From positions 124,001-188,000 of the forward strand of contig JBBDMM010000012.1 of NCBI GenBank assembly GCA_040878325.1: a DNA stretch of 64,000 nucleotides. Reading direction: 5' to 3'. This DNA is from Acidimicrobiia bacterium (GTDB taxonomy: Bacteria; Actinomycetota; Acidimicrobiia; Spongiisociales; UBA11373). The position numbers and the translations under genes were made by a program. Position 1 is the first letter of the stretch. The number at the start of each line of letters is the position of its first letter. Below, piece after piece: positions 31,521 to 39,822 of this stretch. A model generated the notes under the pieces. That model was not told the origin of the DNA. It was given only the letters and a program-made list of their open reading frames with translations, and made no database searches.

Positions 31521-32423
31521 ATGGACCTCGGCTATGACGGCGACCTGTTCCTGCTCGCGTTCGATCATCGGGGCAGCTTCAAGTCGAAGATGTTCGGGAT
31601 CGAAGAGGAGAACGCAGCCGACACCGCCCGGTTGAGTTCAGCCAAACGGCTCGTTTGGGAGGGTTTCGAGTCGGCGATGGCCACCGGGCTGCCTGCAGGC
31701 GCCGGCGTGCTGGTCGACGAGGAGATGGGCGCCGACGTGGCGAGGGCGGCCCGCCGGGCGGGAGTCCCTTTGGCGATGCCCGTCGAGAAGTCGGGCCAGG
31801 ACGTGTTCGACTTCGAGTACGGCGACGACTTCGGCGACCATATCGAGGAGTTCGATCCCACCTTTGCAAAGGTCCTCGTCCGATGGAACCCCGAGGACCA
31901 CCCCGCGACGAAAGCGATCCAGGCCGAGCGCCTCGCCGCGCTCGGCACCTGGCTCCACGATCGAGGGAGAAAGTTCTTGTTCGAACTGCTCGTCCCGGCG
32001 TCGCCCCGCCAGAAGGAGCTCGTCGCCGGCGACATCGACGCTTACGACCGGCAGATCCGCCCCGCGCTGATGCTGGCGACAATCGAGGAGCTTCGCGCCG
32101 CAGGGATCGAGCCGGATATCTGGAAGATCGAAGGTATCGACGCTACCGACGACTGCCGCTTCATAGCCGACCTGGTTCGTGCGGGCGGCCGGAACCGGGT
32201 TGCTTGCGTGGTGCTGGGCCGCGGCGCCGACGAGGCGAGGGTCGACCATTGGCTATCCGCCGCAGCACCCGTGCCCGGCTACTCGGGTTTCGCAATCGGC
32301 CGTTCGATCTGGTGGGAGGCCGTAGCCGGATGGCGGGATGAGCGGATCCCCACCGCCGGCGCCGCGGCCCGGATCGGCGAGACCTACCGGCGCTTCATCG
32401 ACGTCTATCAGACCTCCCGTTGA
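31521..32423 (+). CDS. DUF2090 (IolC-associated, LacD/class I aldolase-like TIM barrel) standalone protein
   Basis: LAFDHRGSF, GVLVDEEMG, PVEKSG, KVLVRWNP, FLFELLVP, PDIWKIEG, VVLGRG, GFAIGRSIW. Confidence 0.85.
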   Translation: MDLGYDGDLFLLAFDHRGSFKSKMFGIEEENAADTARLSSAKRLVWEGFESAMATGLPAGAGVLVDEEMGADVARAARRAGVPLAMPVEKSGQDVFDFEYGDDFGDHIEEFDPTFAKVLVRWNPEDHPATKAIQAERLAALGTWLHDRGRKFLFELLVPASPRQKELVAGDIDAYDRQIRPALMLATIEELRAAGIEPDIWKIEGIDATDDCRFIADLVRAGGRNRVACVVLGRGADEARVDHWLSAAAPVPGYSGFAIGRSIWWEAVAGWRDERIPTAGAAARIGETYRRFIDVYQTSR

Positions 32424-32424
32424 G

Positions 32425-33441
32425 ATGCCCACGGTCGGACTTCTCACCGCCGGAGGGGACTGCCCGGGACTCAACGCAGCAATCCGGGCAGTCGTCGCGG
32501 CGGCGATCGCGGATGGGAATCGTGTAGTCGGCTTCCGTAACGGATGGGCGGGGACGATGGACGATGACACCATCGACCTCGACCGCGACAGGGTGCGCGG
32601 AGTCCTCGGACGCGGCGGCACGATTCTGGGCACCTCACGCCGGGACCCATTCGTTCATGGGAATGGCGCCGCTTCAATCAGTCCCGTCCTCGACAAGCAC
32701 GGCGTCGGCACTCTCATCGTGATCGGTGGCGACGGCACCCTCCGTACCGCTGCCCGCGTGGAGGCCGAGGGGATTCCGGTGATTGGAATCCCCAAGACGA
32801 TCGACAACGACGTGCCCGCCACTGACGTGTCCTTTGGATTCGACACGGCAGTCGAGATCGCAACGGAAGCGATCGACCGGCTCACCACTACCGCCGAAGC
32901 GCACAACCGGGTGCAGCTCGTCGAGGTGATGGGCCGCACCCAGGGATGGATCGCGGTTCACGCCGGCATCGCCGCCGGCGCGGACGTGATCCTGATTCCG
33001 GAGTTTCCGATGCCACTCGAGGAAGCCGCCAAAATCATCCGCGGGCGCCACGAGCGCGGGCGCAACTACTCGGTGGTCGTGGTCGCCGAGGGCATCGACA
33101 ACCCCCGCGTCGCTCCGCTGCCAAAGGACGCGTACGGCTTCGAGAGACTCGGCGGCGTGGCATACGAGGTGGCTCCAATCCTCGAAGCGCTCACCGGATT
33201 CGAGACCCGGGTGACCGTCCTCGGCCACCTCCTGCGCGGCGGGAGGCCGACTGCCCGCGATCGGGTACTGGCAAGCCGGCTCGGGGCCGCGGCGATCGAG
33301 GCGGCGGCGCGGGGCGACCGCGGCGTGATGATGGCGGTGCGCGGCACCGCGATCGTCCCCGTGCCACTGGCGGAGCTCGGTGACGAGCCCCGCGGGGTGC
33401 CGCGTGAGTTGTACGAGGTCGCCCGCACCTTCTTCGGGTGA
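32425..33441 (+). CDS. pfkA: 6-phosphofructokinase (ATP-dependent by GGDG motif; PKTIDND type)
   Basis: TAGGDCPGLN, GGTILGTSR, IGGDGT, PKTIDND, VEVMGR, RVTVLGH. Confidence 0.95.
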   Translation: MPTVGLLTAGGDCPGLNAAIRAVVAAAIADGNRVVGFRNGWAGTMDDDTIDLDRDRVRGVLGRGGTILGTSRRDPFVHGNGAASISPVLDKHGVGTLIVIGGDGTLRTAARVEAEGIPVIGIPKTIDNDVPATDVSFGFDTAVEIATEAIDRLTTTAEAHNRVQLVEVMGRTQGWIAVHAGIAAGADVILIPEFPMPLEEAAKIIRGRHERGRNYSVVVVAEGIDNPRVAPLPKDAYGFERLGGVAYEVAPILEALTGFETRVTVLGHLLRGGRPTARDRVLASRLGAAAIEAAARGDRGVMMAVRGTAIVPVPLAELGDEPRGVPRELYEVARTFFG

Positions 33442-33449
33442 ACCGGAAG

Positions 33450-33543
33450 GCGCTATGCGCTATGCGCTATGCGCGAACGGTCAGAATCAACGCGACGAGC
33501 CAAGGCGCGCCGCGCATTGCTCATTGCTCGCAGTATTCATTGC
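33450..33543. repeat. Heptamer arrays between convergent pfkA and rluA: (GCGCTAT)x3 and (CATTGCT)x2
   Basis: Directly read at 33450-33470 and 33515-33528. Confidence 0.85.
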
Positions 33544-33569
33544 GTGTCGCTCACCGACCATCCCCATCG

Positions 33570-34448
33570 TCATAGAGCGTCGATCACTGCCTGGAGGTCG
33601 TCGGGCAACGGGCTTTCCACCTCCACCCGGGCTCCCGTGACGGGATGGTCGAAGGTCAGTCCGGCGGCGTGGAGAAACACCCGGGGAGCTCCCCGCCCGA
33701 CCCCATACACCGCGTCTCCCACGACCGGCAGGCCGATCGCCCCTAGGTGGACCCGGATCTGGTGGGTCCGGCCCGTCTCGAGCCGAAGTTCGAGCAGCGT
33801 GTGCTCTGCCCAAGTGCCGAGTGTGCGGTAGTGGGTGCGAGCCGGACGCCCTTCGGGATCGACCTTCATCTCCATCGGTCTTGCCCGATCGCGGCCGAGC
33901 GGAGCATCGATGGTCCCCGTGGGAATGGCGGGACGGCCCGCCACCAGCGCCAGATAGCGCCGTTCAATCGCGTGGGTGCGGATTGCCGTCCGCAGGCCTT
34001 CATATGCCGGCCAGTCGAGAGCAACGACGAGTAGGCCCGATGTCCCCCGATCGAGTCGGTGCACCAACCCCCATCGATCTTCTGCTCCGACTCCCCGAAC
34101 CCGCGGCCAGCGATGGAGGATCCCCGCGGCGAGCGTTCCCGTTCGGTTGCCGGCACCCGGATGCGTGACTACCCCGCTCGGCTTGTCGACGACCGCCAGA
34201 TGTGGATCCTCGTACCGCACCGCGAAGTCGACGATTTCCGGTTCCAGACTCGGGGCGGGCGCAGGCGGCTGGAATTCGACGACGCTGCCGGCCGCCAGCC
34301 GGCGTTTCGAGGTGGTGGACGCCCCATCCACCACTACTTCCCCGAGGTCGACGAGTGCCCTCGCCTGTGCCCGGCTCAGCCTCCCCAGCCGGGCAACTAT
34401 CAAGTCAGCCCGCTCACCGTCCAGCGCGGCCGGCACCTCGAACCTCAT
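33570..34448 (-). CDS. rluD: RluA/RluD-family pseudouridine synthase
   Basis: S4-like N-term, VDKPSG, VHRLDRGTSG, LETGRTHQIRVH, FLHA. Confidence 0.93.
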   Translation of the reverse strand: MRFEVPAALDGERADLIVARLGRLSRAQARALVDLGEVVVDGASTTSKRRLAAGSVVEFQPPAPAPSLEPEIVDFAVRYEDPHLAVVDKPSGVVTHPGAGNRTGTLAAGILHRWPRVRGVGAEDRWGLVHRLDRGTSGLLVVALDWPAYEGLRTAIRTHAIERRYLALVAGRPAIPTGTIDAPLGRDRARPMEMKVDPEGRPARTHYRTLGTWAEHTLLELRLETGRTHQIRVHLGAIGLPVVGDAVYGVGRGAPRVFLHAAGLTFDHPVTGARVEVESPLPDDLQAVIDAL

Positions 34449-34897
34449 TCGCGCTTGAACGCGAGGAAGAGCGCCAGAAACGCACCGATCGTGATTGCTG
34501 AGTCGGCGACATTGAAGGATGGGAAGAAGGAGAACGAGATGAAGTCCACGACGCCACCGTCGAGAAGGCCGTCGCCCCGAAACACTCGATCGAGCAGGTT
34601 CCCCATGGCCCCGCCCAGCACCAGGCCGAGCGCAGCCGCCTCCGGGCGGTGAGGCACCTTGCGAACCACAATCACAATGAAGACGACGATCGCAATCGCC
34701 AACAGTGCGATGATCGATCCCGCCCCCTGGAGCAGGCTGAAGGCCGCGCCCGTGTTCGTCACGTACTTCAACTGCAGGAAGTCGTCGATCAGGACGATTG
34801 GGTTTCCCGGCAGCACCGCGGACGCCCACCACTTGGTGAGTTGGTCGAGGGCGACCACTGCCCCGGCGGCGACCAGCGCCGTGATTCTGGGGGTCAG
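34445..34897 (-). CDS. lspA: Lipoprotein signal peptidase II (start uncertain: CTG 34897 or GTG 34858)
   Basis: DQLTK, NTGAAFS, GGAMGNLLDR, VVDFI, FNVADSAI. Confidence 0.95.
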   Translation of the reverse strand: MTPRITALVAAGAVVALDQLTKWWASAVLPGNPIVLIDDFLQLKYVTNTGAAFSLLQGAGSIIALLAIAIVVFIVIVVRKVPHRPEAAALGLVLGGAMGNLLDRVFRGDGLLDGGVVDFISFSFFPSFNVADSAITIGAFLALFLAFKRE

Positions 34898-35268
34898 CGC
34901 CGGCTGGCCGAGCAGTCGACGCACAGTTTGGTGTAGGGGAGGGCGTCGAGCCTTGCCACCGGGATCGCAGAGCCGCACTCGGCGCAGCGGCCGTAGGTGC
35001 CGTCCTCGATGCGAGTCACGGCCTCTTCGATTTTCGAGAGGATGTCCTGGGCGTTTTGCCACAGCGACAGCTCTTTCTCCATCTCGAAGGCCAAAGAGCC
35101 GCCTTCCGCAGTGTTTGGATCGGGGCTGCGATCCGACGAGGTCTCGGTGAGCCTCACCTCTTCCCGCTCGGCCTCGATGTCACGCACCATCTCACCGAGG
35201 CGCGTTTGCTCAACCTCGAGCCGTTTGCGGAAACGTTCCAGTGTGGATGGGGCGAGATCGCGTGCCAT
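34894..35268 (-). CDS. TraR/DksA C4-type zinc finger protein
   Basis: Coiled coil then GTYGRCAECG...ARLDALPYTKLCVDC. Confidence 0.92.
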   Translation of the reverse strand: MARDLAPSTLERFRKRLEVEQTRLGEMVRDIEAEREEVRLTETSSDRSPDPNTAEGGSLAFEMEKELSLWQNAQDILSKIEEAVTRIEDGTYGRCAECGSAIPVARLDALPYTKLCVDCSASRR

Positions 35269-35373
35269 GAGCCCTCCCTGCGAGCGAGCGACGATACCAC
35301 GGGCGGCCAACACCGGGCGCTGCCCGCAACAGGGCGCTACCCGCTACCAGCTGCCGGCAAGAAGGGCGACCGG

Positions 35374-35655
35374 TCAGGCGATACCCAGCGACGATCGAGC
35401 GCTGGCTGGTGAAACGCCCTCGATCAACACTCGTTTGCGCCTGGTGGTGGCGCCGCTCAGCAGTACGGCCCGATGTCCGGGAAATTGGGTTTCCAACAAC
35501 CGGATCACGGCCTGGTTGGCCCGCCCCCCTTCGGGCGGCGCCGCCACCCGGATACGAAGGGCATCGGCGTGCTCGCCGACGATCTCGCCCCGGCTAGCCC
35601 CCGGCACCACCCAAACGGTCACCACCGTCCCCTCCGGATGATCAGATACGACCAC
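35374..35655 (-). CDS. DUF167 (YggU/UPF0235) protein
   Basis: VVPGASR, LRIRVAAPPEGGRAN, SGATTRRKRV. Confidence 0.88.
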   Translation of the reverse strand: MVVSDHPEGTVVTVWVVPGASRGEIVGEHADALRIRVAAPPEGGRANQAVIRLLETQFPGHRAVLLSGATTRRKRVLIEGVSPASARSSLGIA

Positions 35656-35720
35656 ATCTCACCTCCTGACCCATTCTGGCGAGTACTGGTGATCGCGCAG
35701 AGATCAGCGATCCCCCGGTC

Positions 35721-35750
35721 TGGCCGGGGCTGGAGCCGGAGCAGGGGCCG
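35721..35750. repeat. Hexamer array (G/T)(A/G)GC(C/T/A)G x5
   Basis: tggccg gggctg gagccg gagcag gggccg; same family as 58660-58765. Confidence 0.6.
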
Positions 35751-35777
35751 TCTCGACTGCTATCTTTTCAGCCGCAA

Positions 35778-36016
35778 GGCGTCGAAGAGGACGCCATCGG
35801 GTCGGGACGGGCTCAGCGAGCCGGCGAATGGTGTGAGGCCGGCGCCCCGGATCCGATGGGCATCACCTCTGAGCCGTGGGAAGAACGGGCCACCCCGATT
35901 AGAACCCACCGACCTCCCCGCGAGAAGGGGCCATGAGCGGCCGTCTCCAGGCGGCAAGCCGGGTGGTACCGCGGGCCTCGAGCTCGTCCCGGCGGCACGA
36001 CCGCCGACCGAGGACG
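35778..36016 (+). ncRNA. T-box riboswitch (Ile specifier, translational type) upstream of ileS
   Basis: Stem I AGAGG/CCTCT with AGCGA and GGTGTGA motifs, specifier ATC at 35862-35864, stem II with AGAA/GAA, T-box GGGTGGTACCGCG at 35961-35973, hairpin cgtcc-cggcgg/ccgccg-ggacg covering the SD; no U-tract. Confidence 0.92.
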
Positions 36017-36018
36017 AC

Positions 36019-39000
36019 ATGGCCGACTCATCGTTCGACCGGGCACCTTCGGATGTCTCGTTCCCCGCGCTCGAGGAGCAGATCCTCGACCTGTGGGATC
36101 GGATCGACGCGTTCCACGAATCGGTGCGGATGCGGCCCGAGGACAACGAGTACACCTTCTACGACGGCCCGCCCTTCCCCACCGGGAGCCCCCACTTCGG
36201 GAACCTCCTCGCCGGTGTCCTCAAAGACATCGTTCCCCGCTACTGGACGATGCGGGGACACCGCGTGGTGAGGCGCTTCGGCTGGGACACCCACGGACTC
36301 CCAATCGAGCTCGAGGTGCAGGACGAATTGGACCTTTCCGGCCCATCGGATATCCGCGATTACGGAATCGCCCGATTCAACGAAGCGTGCCGCGAGCGCG
36401 TCATGGCAAACACCGAGGTATGGGAGTCGGTCACACGCCGTATCGGTCGCTGGGTCGACTTCGAGGATGACTACAAGACGATGGACACCGACTTCATGGA
36501 GTCGGTGTGGTGGGTCTTCAAGCGGCTGTGGGATGAGGGCTTGGTCTACAAAGCCTTCAAAGTGCTCCCGTACTCATGGGGCGCGGCGACGCCACTCTCC
36601 AACTTCGAGGTCAACCTCGGGGAGTACCGCGACGTCGAAGACCCGTCCATCACGGTGCGACTCGCCGTGACCGAGGGCACCGGGCTGGTGGAACCCGGCG
36701 ACCTGCTCCTGGTATGGACCACCACGCCATGGACGATGCCGTCGAACCTCGGAGTGGCCGTCGGCCGCGACATCACCTACATGCGGATCGATGAGCCCCT
36801 CGACGGCGAACCGGGGCGCCATTGGATCGCCGCTGATCGGGTATCGGCGTACTGGCCGGAGGGCACCACGGGAACCGTGACGGCATCGGGTGAAGAGCTT
36901 CTGGGGACGCGCTACCGGCCCGCCTTCGATTACTTCGCCTCCCTCGCCGGTGACGGCGCCTTCGTGGTCATTCCCAGCTCCGAGGTGTCCGTCGAGGAGG
37001 GGACCGGCCTGGTCCATATGGCACCCGCCTTCGGCGAGGCCGACCTGGCGGCCTTTACCGACGTCGGCCTCGACCACCTGCTCGTCGACCCGGTCGACGC
37101 CGAGGGACGATTCACCGCGGAGATCCCCGAGGTGGCAGGGGTGAGGGTCAAGGACGCCGACCCGACCTTGATAAAGCTGCTCCGGGAACGCGGTGCACTG
37201 GCCCGCAGCGAACGGATCGTGCACTCGTACCCGTTCTGCTGGCGAACCGACACCCCGCTCATCTACAAGGCGATCCCCACCTGGTTCGTCGCCGTCGAGA
37301 CGATCCGCGACCGCATGGTGGAGCTCAACGAGACCATCCACTGGGTGCCCGATCATGTGGGCTCCCGGCGGTTCGGCAACTGGCTCGAACAGGCGCGAGA
37401 TTGGGCTGTCTCCCGCAACCGGTTCTGGGGCTCGTGCATCCCCGTGTGGGAGTGCGACGGATGCGACGAAATCGTGTGCCTCGGCAGCATCGAAGAGTTG
37501 CACGAGCGAAGCGGTGTCCGCGTCGACGACCTTCACAAGCACATCGTCGACGAGGTGACCTTTGGATGCAGTGCCTGCTCCGGCACGATGCGCCGCGTCC
37601 CCGAGGTGCTCGACGTCTGGTTCGAGTCCGGGGCGATGCCATACGGGCAGAACCATTACCCCTTCGAGAACAAGGAGCGATTCGAGCGCGGGTTCCCGGC
37701 CCAATACATCGCCGAAGGCCTCGATCAGACCCGGGGATGGTTCTACACCCTCGTCGTCCATGCGACCGCGCTCTTCGATTCGGTGCCGTTCCGCAACGGT
37801 GTGGTCAACGGCTTGATCCTCGCGGAGGACGGTCGCAAGATGTCCAAGAGCCTCAAGAACTACCCGGACCCGATGGTCCTGATCGATTCGACCGGGGCCG
37901 ACGCGTTGCGGGCGTATCTGATCAACTCCCCGCTGGTTCGGGCCGAACCCATGCGATTCTCCGAGCGGGGCGTTCGCGAGGTGGTTCGTACCGTGATGCT
38001 CCCCTATTGGAATGCGTACTCGTTCTTCACCACCTACGCCGCCGCCGAGCGGCTCACCGTCGAAGACCTTGCCTCCGCCCCAGCCCCCGCCGCCCGGCCC
38101 GAGATCGACCGGTGGATCCTCTCCGTGCTGCAGAGCCTGGTGAATCGGGTCAACACGGAGATGGAGGGCTATTACCTGTACAACGTCATTCCCCCGCTGA
38201 TCGACTTCGTGGACGACCTGACCAATTGGTACATCCGCCGCTCGCGCCGGCGCTTCTGGACCGTGCGGGGCACCGACGCCGCTGACAGCCCGGCTGCCTT
38301 CGCCACCCTCTATGAAGTGCTCGTGACCTTTTCAAAGCTGATGGCCCCGGTGTTGCCCTTCGTGACCGAAGCGATGTACCAGGAGCTCGTCGTCGCCCGG
38401 AGGCCGCGGCCGAAGGGCGGCCCCGCGAGCGTCCACCATGAGGACTATCCGGCGTCGGACGCCACGCTGATCGACCGGCGCCTCGAGGCAGACATGGCCG
38501 CGGTGCGCGAGACGGTCGGCCTCGGGAGGGGGCTTCGGGTGACGGAGGGGATCAGGATTCGCCAGCCCCTCGCCACCCTGACCGTCGTCAGCCACGACAG
38601 TGAGGTCCGCCACGCAGTCGACCGGCACCGCGAGCTGGTTGCCGACGAGCTCAACGTCAAGTCGGTGGTCACCTCGTCCGACGAGGGAAGCCTGGCGGTG
38701 GTCACCGCCAAGCCGAACTACCGCACCCTCGGACCGCGCTTTGGGGCACGGATGGCCGAAGCAGCCGCCGCCATCGAGCAGCTAGATCCTGCGGCCGTTG
38801 TCCGGGTCCTGGCCGGCGAGACGATCGAGTTGCTGGGCGAGGCTCTCGGCGTAGCCGACCTGGTCGTGTCCAGGGAGCCGCATCCGGGAGTAGCGGTGGC
38901 CAGCGGCGAGCGCTTGTCGGTGGCCCTCGACACCACCATCACCGCCGAACTGGCCCGGGAGGCGCTCGCCCGCGAGATCGTCAAGCTGGTGCAGGGCGAA

Positions 39001-39489
39001 CGCAAGGATGCCGGCCTCGACGTCTCCGACCGCATCGATCTCACATGGGACTCCGCCTCGTCGGCCGTCGCGGCGGCATTCGAGCACCACACCGAGTGGA
39101 TCGCATCAGAAGTACTGGCCGAAAAAGTCACCAGGGGCGAAGCCGGCGCGAACCAAGACGCCGCCGGAGAGCCAGTAGCGCTACGAGTCAAGAAGTTCAT
39201 CGCCAAGAAGGCACCAGAACCTCCAAAAGAGGCTGCCGCCAAGAAGGTCACTCCCAAGACAAAGGCCAAAAAGGGAAGCGCGGTTCACACCCTCCCCCAC
39301 GACAAGGGCTGGGCCAACAAACGCGCCGGCGCTTCCAAGGTGAGCAAGGTCTTCTCGACGAAGACCGCCGCCCAGAAGGCGGGCCGCGAGACGGCCATTC
39401 GGGAGAAGGTGGAGCACGTAATCCACACCGCCGACGGGAAGATCGGCGTGCGGAAGTCTTACGCAATCGACCCGAGCGGCAGGCGCTAG
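36019..39489 (+). CDS. ileS: Isoleucine--tRNA ligase type 2 with C-terminal Lys-rich linker and DUF2188-like domain
   Basis: FYDGPPF, GWDTHGLP, WTTTPWT, GTGLVHMAP, DWAVSRNRFWG, EGLDQTRGWF, KMSKS, NWYIRRSRRRF; ATG 36019 after GAGGA. Confidence 0.97.
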   Translation: MADSSFDRAPSDVSFPALEEQILDLWDRIDAFHESVRMRPEDNEYTFYDGPPFPTGSPHFGNLLAGVLKDIVPRYWTMRGHRVVRRFGWDTHGLPIELEVQDELDLSGPSDIRDYGIARFNEACRERVMANTEVWESVTRRIGRWVDFEDDYKTMDTDFMESVWWVFKRLWDEGLVYKAFKVLPYSWGAATPLSNFEVNLGEYRDVEDPSITVRLAVTEGTGLVEPGDLLLVWTTTPWTMPSNLGVAVGRDITYMRIDEPLDGEPGRHWIAADRVSAYWPEGTTGTVTASGEELLGTRYRPAFDYFASLAGDGAFVVIPSSEVSVEEGTGLVHMAPAFGEADLAAFTDVGLDHLLVDPVDAEGRFTAEIPEVAGVRVKDADPTLIKLLRERGALARSERIVHSYPFCWRTDTPLIYKAIPTWFVAVETIRDRMVELNETIHWVPDHVGSRRFGNWLEQARDWAVSRNRFWGSCIPVWECDGCDEIVCLGSIEELHERSGVRVDDLHKHIVDEVTFGCSACSGTMRRVPEVLDVWFESGAMPYGQNHYPFENKERFERGFPAQYIAEGLDQTRGWFYTLVVHATALFDSVPFRNGVVNGLILAEDGRKMSKSLKNYPDPMVLIDSTGADALRAYLINSPLVRAEPMRFSERGVREVVRTVMLPYWNAYSFFTTYAAAERLTVEDLASAPAPAARPEIDRWILSVLQSLVNRVNTEMEGYYLYNVIPPLIDFVDDLTNWYIRRSRRRFWTVRGTDAADSPAAFATLYEVLVTFSKLMAPVLPFVTEAMYQELVVARRPRPKGGPASVHHEDYPASDATLIDRRLEADMAAVRETVGLGRGLRVTEGIRIRQPLATLTVVSHDSEVRHAVDRHRELVADELNVKSVVTSSDEGSLAVVTAKPNYRTLGPRFGARMAEAAAAIEQLDPAAVVRVLAGETIELLGEALGVADLVVSREPHPGVAVASGERLSVALDTTITAELAREALAREIVKLVQGERKDAGLDVSDRIDLTWDSASSAVAAAFEHHTEWIASEVLAEKVTRGEAGANQDAAGEPVALRVKKFIAKKAPEPPKEAAAKKVTPKTKAKKGSAVHTLPHDKGWANKRAGASKVSKVFSTKTAAQKAGRETAIREKVEHVIHTADGKIGVRKSYAIDPSGRR

Positions 39490-39508
39490 GCCCGCTACCG
39501 CCGCGCTC

Positions 39509-39567
39509 TCGCCAATCGCCAATCGCCAATCGCTGCCCGGAACTGGCGACTGGAGACTGGAGACTGG
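39509..39567. repeat. Inverted pair of heptamer arrays between convergent ileS and yggT: (TCGCCAA)x3 / (ACTGG(C/A)G)x3
   Basis: Directly read; right arm abuts yggT stop. Confidence 0.88.
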
Positions 39568-39819
39568 TCAGCAAATCACCGCTGACAAAATCCCCAAGCC
39601 GATCAGCAGGATCAACGGCGAGAGGTCGAGACCCATCCCCCCGAGCCGGACCGGCGGCAGCAGGGCGCGAAGCGGGCGAAGCACAGGCTCGGTGACGGCG
39701 CGGAAGATGGCTCGCACCCGGGCCACCGGGTGGTCATACGAGACGGGGATCCACTCGAGCACGATCCGGGCGAAAACGACGATGCTGTACGCCTGGATGA
39801 GGAAGCAGAGGATCCCCAC
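39568..39819 (-). CDS. yggT: YggT family membrane protein
   Basis: VTEPVLRPLR, GLDLSPLIL. Confidence 0.93.
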   Translation of the reverse strand: MGILCFLIQAYSIVVFARIVLEWIPVSYDHPVARVRAIFRAVTEPVLRPLRALLPPVRLGGMGLDLSPLILLIGLGILSAVIC

Positions 39820-39822
39820 CGG

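Noticed and set aside
35473..36018. 182-aa N-terminal extension of IleRS in the ORF track
   Set aside because: The region is the antisense of DUF167 plus the T-box leader; SD and ATG at 36019 fit the family start.
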